Source of the DNA: Octopus bimaculoides
Taxonomy: Eukaryota
Assembly (NCBI RefSeq): GCF_001194135.2
Contig: NC_068981.1
Coordinates: forward strand, 108,636,130 to 108,672,645
DNA: 36,516 nucleotides
Direction of reading: 5' to 3'
The notes below the pieces were generated by a model. It had not been told where the DNA came from, made no database searches, and worked only from the letters and a program-made list of their open reading frames with translations. Positions 1 to 10,189 of this stretch are shown piece by piece (within the stretch, counting starts at the first letter, position 1; every line of letters begins with the position of its first letter). The position numbers were made by a program, and so were the translations under genes.

Positions 1-143
1 ATATATATAAACATATAGCACAATCACACATACGAGGAGGTAGCCAAAAGTAACGGGAAATGTTCTCTGTAGGACAGGCCCGTTGTAGTTCCGGCTTACG
101 CCGCTAGAAACTACTTGATGCAACCCTGAGGCATAAGTCTGCT

Positions 144-205
144 GACTGGCTCTGTCGAGTGGGGTCGTACTGCCGACTGGCTCTGTCGAGTGGGGTCGTA
201 CTGCC
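144..205. repeat. Perfect 31-bp tandem duplication in the mariner 5' region
   Basis: gactggctctgtcgagtggggtcgtactgcc at 144-174 and 175-205. Confidence 0.95.
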
Positions 206-258
206 ATGTGGTGCGTATTTGTTTTGCAGTGTTTCTTCCCTGTTCGTCGATTTTTGCG

Positions 259-921
259 ATGATTGAAACAAAGGAACTGCATGATTCCGTGAAATTCTGT
301 TTTCTGCAGGGGAAAACGGCGACCGAAACAGTTGTCATGCTTCAGACAGCTTACAAAGGACGCTGCCATGAGCAAAACACAAGTTTACAAATGGCTTTCA
401 CGCTTTAGAAATTTAAGCTCTGTCGCTTGAAGACCAATCTCGTTCAGGACGACCGTCAACCTCCTGAACGAATGAAAACATCATGAAAATTCATGAACTG
501 ATCTTGGATGACCGTCACCGAACAATTGACAAACCTGTTGATGTGACTGGTGTGTCCTGGAGCCCCTGCCAACGAATATTGAGCGAGGAATTGCGAATGA
601 AATGAGTTGTAGTAAAATTTGTGCCTCGCTTGCTCACAGAAGATCAAAAGCAGTCACGACTGAATGCATGTCGTGAAATGAGAAAACAGCTGGAAGTTGA
701 TCGGACCTTTTTTTTTTTTGAAGGTCATCACTGGTAACGAGAGCTGGTGCTACGGAATTTGCAGATATGGAAGGGTTGACGGAAAAAAAACGACGGAGGC
801 GTTAAAAGGCATCATTTCGTAAGAGTTCCGACACTACTTTGAATACTGGAAAATGCGCCTAGACAGATGCATTGTTTCAAATGGAGAATACTTTGAAGGC
901 GATAAAAGTGTAAACATCTAA
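259..921 (+). pseudogene. Mariner transposase remnant: HTH region retained, catalytic core deleted
   Basis: Frameshifted segments VKFCFLQGKTATETVVMLQTAYKG, EDQSRSGRPSTS, KFVPRLLTEDQKQSRLNACRE and ITGNESWCYG (GDESW-like first Asp motif). These jump at ~755 to the C-terminal FAD..KKTTEALKGI..YWKMRLDRCIVSNGEYFEG. Confidence 0.88.
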
Positions 922-1531
922 AACTAAGTGAATAAAATAACATTGCAAAGTTCTGGTTACTTTGGGGTACTCCTCCGTAAAACCATTGCTGTGTTAAGAT
1001 ATAAGTGTGATAGGCTCCACTGGAAAGTAGATGAACATCTATTAATCGATCACTTAATATCAACAACAGTAAAATTGTAACAATAATACATTTAAACAAA
1101 TGAAAGCAATATTGTTATGGCAATAATAATTATGACAACCCTTGAGTTGAGAACATGACATTAGACTAAAGAATTTAGGCATAAAGAAAAATTATTCCCT
1201 GGCTAAGGAACAAAATAATATTAACCGAATAATAAAAGAGTTATATTCTATACCGAATGATTTACTGTTAATTTTTATGATAAAACATGAACTTTATCGC
1301 AAAACCTATTCTTTAAAAACAGATAAAAGTTAAAGGAAGTATATTAAGTCGCCATGAGTAAAAAGCAAAACTTAACGCTTTATATTTATTACTGCGAGAT
1401 TTCTTCTCCACAGAACAAAGCCCTACTTTAAATGACGTGACAGTTTACGCTTCAGAATTAGTCCATAAATTCTAACACTTATTGACCGCATCGCGTGTTT
1501 ATACTTATAGGTTACTTTCTGTATATACATA

Positions 1532-1536
1532 AGTGT

Positions 1537-1578
<42 letters not shown>

Positions 1579-1924
1579 TTGTATACTGTGTGCGTGTGTG
1601 TGCGTATGTGTGTGTGTGCGCGCGTGTGTGTACGTGTGCGTGTGTGGTGATGCCTCTGTACATAAAAGGACATGAATATTTGCCTTGTGTTTGTACGGGA
1701 TTCAGTGTTGTATACAATTTCAAATTATGAGTAGAGGGTCATGACACTTGCGGATTATCAGTGTTATTATTGTTGTTGTTGTTATTTGAAGGATTGTGTG
1801 TTTTTCATAGACGTACGTGGGCCGATATTGTAGTCTGATTCAATATATTATGCACATCTCCAATTTTAATCTTGATTCAAGTTAAAAAGTACATTGGGTT
1901 TTACGTTATATGTATGTATGTATG

Positions 1925-1958
<34 letters not shown>

Positions 1959-1977
1959 TGTGTGCGTATGCGTGTGC

Positions 1978-2028
<51 letters not shown>

Positions 2029-2031
2029 TGT
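1532..2031. repeat. (TG)n and (TATG)n microsatellite clusters (about 1532-1648 and 1909-2031)
   Basis: Directly visible di- and tetranucleotide arrays. Confidence 0.95.
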
Positions 2032-2602
2032 GAAAGAGATGAGGTGCAGAAAAGTAGCCATGCAACTTACATATAAATATTATGAGTATACTGCACTAAA
2101 ACACATTTTACGAAATTTATCTGATTAGAAATTTGATAAAATAGCAATTCATTACTTTCGAGATGTTTAGTTCACTTATGTACGAAGACTAGAATCACTA
2201 TTTTGGCCATGGTCCTTCACCGATATTTCAAGTTGAGGAGAATGTCTTATCTGGTTCATACACAAAGATTCTCTCATAATACAGAAAGCTGATGCACTCA
2301 ATTTTGTCATTAGCATCTCATAGTCACGAAGTTAGTATATACAAATCAATGTAAACATTCTTCCTTCCTTTTCCCATTTCTTTTCTAACTTTATTTTGTT
2401 TCTTTTCTTCCTTCTTTCTCCTCTTTACGTCCTATATTTTAGTGTACGCATATAAGCATGTGGATGTGTGCATATATATATATATACATATATATATACA
2501 TATATATGAATGTATGTATCGCTGTTACCTGAATTTAGAGAGAAACTCTTAGTATTGATGAAGTAAATTATCTGTTGTTTCAAAATAAATTCGCTATGAA
2601 AG

Positions 2603-2625
2603 CACACACACACACACACACACAT

Positions 2626-2664
<39 letters not shown>

Positions 2665-3152
2665 TGTATGTATGTATGTATGTATTTATGTATGTATGTG
2701 TGTGTATATATGTATATATATATATATACATATATATACAAACATATGCATATATATGTATATGTATAAGTATATGTATGTATATGTATGTGTATATATA
2801 TNNNNNNNNNNNNNNNNNNNNNNNNNNNNNNNNNNNNNNNNNNNNNNNNNNNNNNNNNNNNNNNNNNNNNNNNNNNNNNNNNNNNNNNNNNNNNNNNNNN
2901 NNNNNNNNNNNNNNNNNNNNNNNNNNNNNNNNNNNNNNNNNNNNNNNNNNNNNNNNNNNNNNNNNNNNNNNNNNNNNNNNNNNATGTATGTATGTATGTA
3001 TGTATTTATGTATGTATGTGTGTGTATATATGTATATATATATATGTATACATATATCAATAAGTTTAGGTGTGTGAGCCTGAGTAACTTTGTGTATACA
3101 TACCGGTACAGGTAAACACACGCCCGCATGTGTGTGTATGTGCGCGCGCACA

Positions 3153-3190
<38 letters not shown>
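2603..3190. repeat. Compound (CA)n/(TATG)n/(TA)n microsatellite spanning an assembly gap
   Basis: Visible arrays on both sides of N run 2802-2983. Confidence 0.95.
2802..2983. other. Assembly gap
   Basis: N run. Confidence 1.
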
Positions 3191-5157
3191 TGAAAAGCGA
3201 GAGGTAGAGATTGTAATCATTTGTTTATGAACACCAACTTCATTGCTCTATGTGCAGATTTTACAAATATATATAAATATAACTTTTTCGTCAAGAAAGA
3301 TGCTTTTATGCAAAACCAGCCAGTAGCATGTTGCTATTCATGGTTGAAACATTAAATATTTTACAGCTTAACGGTACTTGTTATTTATATACTATTTAAA
3401 GACAGCTAGACGCCAGACAGAAAACTTGGAGTACACTTCTCAAGACAGTTATCTCATATCTGCTTTTTATTTTTTATTTTTCTTGAAATTTGTTTAGAAA
3501 TCGTTATTTTTTATATCGTATGCGAAAGGTCCGGATCAGTCGTTGAAGTCAAAATTTTATTTTAAATCCCGTGTGCGTGTTGTTTATGTTCTCCTGTGTT
3601 TAACAGGAAATATCAGAGGAAATAATCTTTCGGTGACAATACTCATCCCGTATTTCTTTATATTTCGATAAAGCAAGTGCAGCAGAGAAAAAGTGAAGAG
3701 TACAAATTTTACTTAACCTTTCTTAACTCACAATTTTTATTGCGAATGTAACTAATTTTAATGGATTTCTTTTATAACACAGTCTCGTTTTACTTGATGT
3801 ATATTTTGCTGTTGATATTTTTTTCCCATATTTCACTTCGAGTCACATTTCTGCTCACGCTTATAGATAATGCGTTTTAGCAAGGTCTAAAATCAGTTAA
3901 AATATAGACCGAAAATAGAATCAGTCTCTACAATATGTAGCTTGTTGATGATAAAACTATGTTCAAGTGATCTATCAGGGTTAACGATCTCCGAAGATCA
4001 AGCATATTTATTCAAGTGATTTATCATGTTCAAAATCAAGAAAGGAATGAGAAATGGGTGTAGTACATGAGGATTGTGTGTAAAGCACTTTCTTGTGCAC
4101 AATACAACGCATTTAAAAGAGAGTCTATGAGAAAGAAAGAAAGAAAGAAAGCAAGAAAGAGCGAGGGAGAATAGGAAAAGAGAGGGGGGAGGGAGAGATG
4201 AATTTGCATTTATGAAAGACATTGACAACATAAATAAAATTAAATAATATCAGAATTTAGGACTAGTTCGCATTGCATACTCAGCTTAAAGAACCTATCT
4301 TTTGATGTACGTTGTTCGTTTGGTTGCTAAAATCTTCAACATTCATTTGATATTTGTATACGTATTCTCGTTTGACTGGTCTTTGGAAGCTAATACATTT
4401 AACTTAACTACATTACTTAGGTGTATTTCAAAATTTTTGAACACCTGTAGAGTAATGTAGATTCAAGAGTTTTGAACTTATTTAAATTAATATAATTCCG
4501 TTACCTACTCATATACATATGAGTAGTTCACGCAAATTAGGTTTTCAGTTTGTTTCAGCTACCAAGGACCTATTTGTTTTAAATTTTGTTTCACAACTGA
4601 CTCATAATAATGAAAACAAAAATTTAATTAACAGAGTGTTTAACAAATTGAATGAGTAATTAAAGGGAGAACGACAAATAATTTTTGTTGTTATCAACGG
4701 AAAATCTAATGTGTTGGGTTCATTCTGATTTTAGACGTACCGACATTAATAATGTAATATGTATCATGAATGTTAAACATAAACACTACTTTAATTGAAA
4801 CAGTTCTTCAAATTTCGAGTAAGACGGGAAAACAGTGATACGACAAACAGAAAAGAAAAAAAAATGTATCAAAAGGAAATATTTACTAAAGGAAATGTGT
4901 AATAAAATATATTATATTTATTGGCAACTTTTTAAAGAATAATGTTCTTTTGTGAATGGAGATTTTTTTGAAAGTTTAAACATTTTCTGAAAGGCTTCAA
5001 CCAATAATTGTTATTGCAGTTCTAAAGTTATCATCAAACTTAGAATAAAAAATTGGTGCAAATACTCTTTAAGTTTGCTTCTGGAGCAACATGGTGCTGA
5101 AATTTATAAAATGGAATATATTATGGAATCTATTTATCAAATTCGCAACAAAATATA

Positions 5158-5362
5158 GGCGCAGGCGTGGCTGTGCGTTAAGGGATTTGCTTCCCAACAA
5201 TATAGTTCCGGGTTCAGTTCCACTGCATGGCACTTTAGGCAAATGTTTCTACTATAGTCTCGGGTTGACCAAAGCCTTGTGGGTCGATTTGGCAGAGGGA
5301 AACTGAAGGAAGCCCGACGTGCACACACACGCGCGCTTGTTCGTGTGTGTTTGTGTATGTGT
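5158..5362 (+). mobile_element. tRNA-derived SINE, 5' half plus microsatellite
   Basis: ggcgcaggcgtggctgtgcgttaag (A-box-like) and ggttcagttcc (B-box-like), then the body ending gaaggaagcccgacgt and a TG-rich tract. It resembles an abundant octopus SINE as I recall it (not checked). Confidence 0.8.
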
Positions 5363-5363
5363 A

Positions 5364-5689
5364 TTAGAAAAGGCATGAATAATGGTCTGTACATATTTCT
5401 TTATTTGTGCATTTTTGATATACAGCTGTTTCTGATATGCATTACAGGTATGTTCATGGTTCTGTTTACTCAATCGGTCCATTGATCGACTGAAAATGTG
5501 AAAGACCTTAAAGTAAATGCTAAGTCTTCGGAGTCTTCGCACCAAATAGTAAATTTGACGAAAAGCAAACATTCATGGGAAGAGGAGCGAAGAGAAAGGA
5601 AAGAAGAAAAGATAACAGAAAATCAGGAAAAGGAAAAAGAGAGAGAAAAAGACAAAGAGAAAAATAGAAGAGGAAAGAGACAGGGAAGG

Positions 5690-5734
<45 letters not shown>

Positions 5735-5870
5735 CACACGGAAGTGAAGGACGGGGGATAGGAAAGAATTTAGAGACCGTTGTACCTATAAATGGAATTA
5801 GGCCACCTCAAACCATTGTAGTTAACTACCAAGACCAAACAATATCAACATAGGATATCGAAATTTGATG
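5364..5870 (+). repeat. Unclassified interspersed repeat, copy 1 (inverted relative to 14992-15906)
   Basis: Blocks such as caatcggtccattg, gtcttcgcaccaaatagtaaatttgacgaaaa and caaaccattgtagttaactaccaagaccaaacaatatcaacatagg match the reverse complement of 15100-15906. Confidence 0.85.
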
Positions 5871-7600
5871 TCTGTCTCTTGCTCTTGCAGTCTCTGAGTA
5901 CAGTTTTGTCTATCAGGAGTTGATCTTTGGTACCTCTGCACTTACGCTTGCAACCCTTTTTCTCATGTGGCAGGACTCCATTTTTCCCAGATGTCTGTAC
6001 ATTGACTCTGTGAGTATTCCAGTAAATAACTTCCACATAAGTGGCAAACAGCATATCGGCCTGTAATTGTCTACCATATTGCCTTTTTCGATGTTTTTCA
6101 GGCACAGCACTGCCCTACCCAATGTCAACCGTTCTGGTGTTGCTTGGTCAGCATTTAACAAGGTGTTGAGTTGTGCAGCTATTCGTGCATGACATTCACC
6201 AAATCTTTTGATCCAGTAGCCTTGAACTCCATCTTGTCCCGGGGCCTTGCAGTTGCTCATTTTTATGCTGATTTCCTTCACTTCCCTAACTGAAATGACT
6301 AATTCTGCCTGTTTGGACAGACTACTGTTTGTTTCAGTTATTGCAACCATTCAGCATCCTTCTTGTCTTTTCTCCAGATGTCACTTCAAAACCTTTGACT
6401 TTCAATATTGTCTAGTATCAACTTTTCATCTGTCCACTCTCCATTTATTTCTTTATAGAATGTCTTCTGATCTACTCTGAATAACCTGCTGGTATCCCTT
6501 CATTCTTTGGTCGTATCTTACCATCTTTGCTTTTTTTTGCAACGAGGCGCTGTTTCAGTTCCTCCACAACTACTTTCAGGCCCTTTCTGTCAATATTATA
6601 GTTCCTTTTCAGTGCCCTGTATTTTTGTTCGCTTTTAAGCTGCCCTTTTTCTTTTCGGTCTAACACAAAGATTTCCCTTCAGAGCATGTCTTACCCTACC
6701 GGGATTCTTCTTTTCCACCATGGATCTTTTCTTTTGTCACTCCCATTATGTTTCTCTTTCTTGACATCAACACCCACATTTTTTGATACAACAGTACTTG
6801 CTGCCTTGACCTGATGTCTTTCAGAATTTCATTGTCATTTTTCGTTTCTTGGTTCAATTTCCATCGATCAACCTTTTCAAGGTTGCAAATAATGTCGCTA
6901 TCGTTCTCCTGTAGTCTTACCTTCATTCTGTCGTAGATTGCCTTTTGTTCATCTGTCATGTCGCTATTAGTTTTATTGTCTTTTTTTAGATCATCTATAT
7001 GTCTCTCATCAAGTAAACTACCACTGCTCCTTTCCTGTGCTCTGAGATTACTCTTATTAGTAAGAACTGGTTTTTCATTGTTATCTCTGCTGCTGTTTTC
7101 CATGACCCGTCTTTTGATAGCTTCGAGCTCTACTTCTGTGAACCAACATTTTTTTTCTTATTGCTCTAGCTTGATCACCGTCTCTGTTCCGTGAGTTGAA
7201 ACAATCCCTTTTCTCTCCAATGGTCTTAGATACGTTGTCGGTAATCCCTAATCTGAGCACTATTTTCATCTACCGGGCTGCTCAGGTAGTAACACTCCCT
7301 GACCACAGCATTAATTTGTTTGCTCCATCTGCGCCGTGTGTTATGGTCCCTTTCTGGATATCGACAGGCTGGAGCCGGACCAGAATCTCTGAGTCTACTG
7401 GGTGTAACACTGTCAACATCATTGGCTTCAGTTTCATTACCACCGTCATTCACAATATTTTGTTTTTTCATTGTCACTCATATGAGGTGGCGATTATCAT
7501 GTTGCGCAATTATCAGTGTTTTTATTGTGACACCATCACTAGATGTATCATTAATCAGCCCATGAGGAGGCGCCACCCGTTTCCTTTCATTATTGTTATT
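5871..7600 (-). mobile_element. R4/Dong-like non-LTR retrotransposon, 5' half (element A), decayed and 3'-truncated
   Basis: N-terminal RRRWSKQINAVVRECYYLSSP..YRQR and DQARAIRK. RT start [51 protein letters not shown], ending abruptly at 5871. Many stops and frameshifts. Confidence 0.88.
7485..7600 (-). ncRNA. HDV-like self-cleaving ribozyme core (probably decayed) at the 5' end of element A
   Basis: On the minus strand, P2 GGGUGGC (7578-7572) pairs with GCCACCU (7491-7485). P3 is GCC/GGC with L3 UCCUCAUG (HDV UCCUCGCU; R2 UCCUCGUG). J4/2-like GAUAAUC precedes the 3' strand of P2. P1 and P1.1 are imperfect. Confidence 0.65.
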
Positions 7601-7845
7601 ATTATTATCATCACTGATATCACTGATATTATTGTTTTTATCTGTAGTAACAGCAGTGGTTGCAACAACAGCAACAGTAGCAGGGGTGGGGGTAATGGTA
7701 AGGGTGGTAGTTGGGCCTCAGATTCCTGTGCTATCATAATAGTAGTAGTTGTAGTATTATTGTAGTATTAGTATTTAGTATCAGCAGCTGCAACATATTA
7801 TTTTTATTTTTAATTTTATCATTATCACCATCACCACCACTACCA
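7590..7845. repeat. Degenerate trinucleotide tract (ATT/ATC/AAC/AGT) at the 5' flank of element A
   Basis: Visible low-complexity triplets. Confidence 0.8.
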
Positions 7846-8087
7846 TTGTTGGAGGAAATAGTTAGGCAGCAGTTTGGTGAATAGATCATATACTACAGGT
7901 CTATAAATAGATTCGGCAGATGGTGGAGGGGTCAGCCATACAGACAAGAGAATCTTCGCACCCTTTGCGTCAGCAGAGGTCAAATGTGTTTACTACTACC
8001 AGTGGTCGCTGAGAGCGCTGCCTTGAAAAGAAGCAATTCAACATGTTCTGTTTGTAATTATTGGCAGAAAAAAAAACAGTAATATAT

Positions 8088-8157
8088 NNNNNNNNNNNNN
8101 NNNNNNNNNNNNNNNNNNNNNNNNNNNNNNNNNNNNNNNNNNNNNNNNNNNNNNNNN
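8088..8157. other. Assembly gap
   Basis: N run. Confidence 1.
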
Positions 8158-8177
8158 AGATAAATAGATAGATAGAT

Positions 8178-9290
8178 AGGGTGATAAATTGAATATTAAT
8201 TCAATTTAAAACCAAGTGACCTAGCATATAAAAAAAATCTGAAAATTCAGAAAAAATTGTATTACACGTATATAAGGGATGACCACTAGGTGGACATCCA
8301 ATATGAAAGAGGTCATCAATGACCCAACCACAAAGGAAAAAAAAATGTTCTCCAGAAAAATTTCGCAAAACACCAGAACAGGACAAAATGAGAAATATAC
8401 AGAATAAAGAATTATCTATGGACTGCAGTTTCGAACATTAACGTTTTACTTACGTAACAACAACCGTGTTCTCATCAGCATAGAGGTTCTAGAATCAATA
8501 TAATTTGCAGAACTATACACGAATTGTCTTCATGAAATAAGACTTGCATATTGAGAAATTCCTGTCAACGTATACTACTATGATTCTGTTTCTTGCCTTA
8601 GATATTATGGGACTGTGTTTCCATGATATAATTGCATGAATTAATGCAGATGACGCAATTAAACTTATATCAGTGTCATTGATAATTTTTTCCTCACCCC
8701 AATAATGACGGTGACATATATTAAAAGTCCCCTTATAGAACTATATTCATAAAAAAGTATAGAACTATATTATCACCCTCAAATTTGAGAAATAAACACT
8801 CATAACTTTTTCTTTTAAAACTTCATTGCATGAAATTGATACCATGAACTTCTTCGAATTGAGCTCTTTCATTTAAGCTTAATTAACATTGAGTTTGTAA
8901 TTAAAATAAATAAATAAATTATACTTAAATTCAATTTTTTGCCTTATATATTTTTATGAAATTTTACCTCACAACTGTTTTGATACAAATTTTTGTTGCA
9001 TGGGACCAAAACTATGAAACTCCTCATGCTTTCTTCTATCATCGAAGCTAAGATGAATATATTTTGCTTTTAAAATAAAAAAAGTTATTTAGATCTAAAC
9101 TAGATTGGAGGCGTTACTTACTCTCCTATAACGTTGCTACACATTTTGATGTAAATTTTTTTCTACTCGACCAAATCTCAATTTTTTTTGGCAAAATGTA
9201 GCTCGGGACTAGTGCTCTTCAAAAATGTTAACAGTTTTCAACTTGGTTAAGAACCGAATTACTGACAAAACTCTGAAAGATGCTGTTTGT
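8178..9290. mobile_element. Possible degenerate non-autonomous DNA-transposon/MITE-like fragments
   Basis: AT-rich non-coding sequence with a 10-bp inverted match, agggtgataa (8178) and ttatcaccct (~8771), plus MITE-like phrases (ctcataactttt, aaaatgtagctc). No transposase is seen. Confidence 0.3.
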
Positions 9291-9559
9291 GAGTAAATTG
9301 CAGTCTTAAGAATATTATTTAACTATTACCGTAGTTGAATAATTCATGTCATTATTTCAACAAATATCATTACTGTCGTTTTTCTTTTTATGATTATCCC
9401 ACCTCATCACATTGCCGTTGTTACTAATATTTTTATGTTTATTTTTGTTGTTGCTATCGTTATTCTAAACATCTTTCTTTGTCTTCCCACCGTGTGATTC
9501 CCATCGTTTGTAACACCACCATTATAATTACCATTGCCGTTTTTTACTACAGCTATCGC

Positions 9560-9560
<1 letters not shown>

Positions 9561-9635
<75 letters not shown>
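9561..9635. repeat. (ATT)25 microsatellite
   Basis: Direct count. Confidence 0.97.
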
Positions 9636-10135
9636 GAGTGAGAAAACAGTGCATGCTATCAAAGTGACACTGGGGTAAAATATACGAAGCCCAGTATACC
9701 CATCATGACTACTCATCTGATAAGGGTACATCATGCACATGCATCACAACCATACGTGCGCGACATAGTGATCTCATATCAATAAACAGCGCATAACCTT
9801 GCTGGTGGGGTCTGAATAAGGGTTGTTAAGGATGATGAACAAAACACTCATGTTTCCAAAGGTGAATTATCCAGACCCCAAAGAATTCCTCTAAACACAT
9901 GGCTATGATGCTCTTCCACTTCTGCTCATGATCAGAGATGCGCATATTGTCAGCCACCAAGGGACATGCTCAACTAGTTAAGGTCGAGCAACTGACAAGC
10001 AAATCTGTGGTATTGTGCAGAATATTTGCTGTAGCCCATTATTTATACCAAGACAAAACAATGCACAAGATAACACTTCCAATTAATTAAGATCAGAAGC
10101 CATGAGAGCTACTGCCTGGTACAGCATCATGGCAT
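9636..10135 (-). mobile_element. ~500-bp non-coding element flanked on both sides by (TAA)n
   Basis: Sharp boundaries against (ATT)n on both sides, higher GC than the flanks, no ORF and no A/B boxes. Orientation is inferred by assuming an (AAT)n tail. I recall it as a common octopus repeat (unverified). Confidence 0.6.
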
Positions 10136-10141
10136 TTATTA

Positions 10142-10189
<48 letters not shown>
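10136..10189. repeat. (ATT)n, 3' tail/target of element B
   Basis: Direct. Confidence 0.95.

Larger units (their letters stand above)
33..977 (+). mobile_element. Tc1/mariner DNA transposon, internally deleted (non-autonomous)
   Basis: TA at 31-32 and 978-979. Imperfect TIRs: cgaggaggtagccaaaagtaac at the left end versus the reverse complement of the right end, cggaggagtaccccaaagtaac. Mariner transposase remnants lie inside. Confidence 0.9.

Noticed and set aside
2660-3057. Near-identical ~60-bp block on both sides of the 2802-2983 gap
   Set aside because: It is made of microsatellite units and flanks a gap, so overlapping contig ends or simple repeat structure is more likely than biology.
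1505-3220. Many ORFs such as MCVCVCV, MYVCMYV and THTHTH (also at 16186-16521, 17304-18005, 20878-21163, 23857-24108, 26081-26346 and 33143-33663)
   Set aside because: They are stop-free translations of microsatellites or run through N gaps, with no protein signal.
5158-5230. tRNA-like A/B boxes (also at 28360-28440)
   Set aside because: There is no complete cloverleaf and they continue into SINE bodies, so they are SINE heads, not tRNA genes.
5498-5761. Lys/Glu/Arg-rich ORFs (also 15275-15619, 27140-27558 and 32539-32983)
   Set aside because: They are purine-rich or trinucleotide low-complexity tracts; the first two are the middle of the inverted repeat pair.
9930-10010. Possible HDV-like or hammerhead fold in the 500-bp element
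   Set aside because: A P1-like helix exists, but there is no matching P2, no UCCUCG loop and no CUGANGA/GAAA core.
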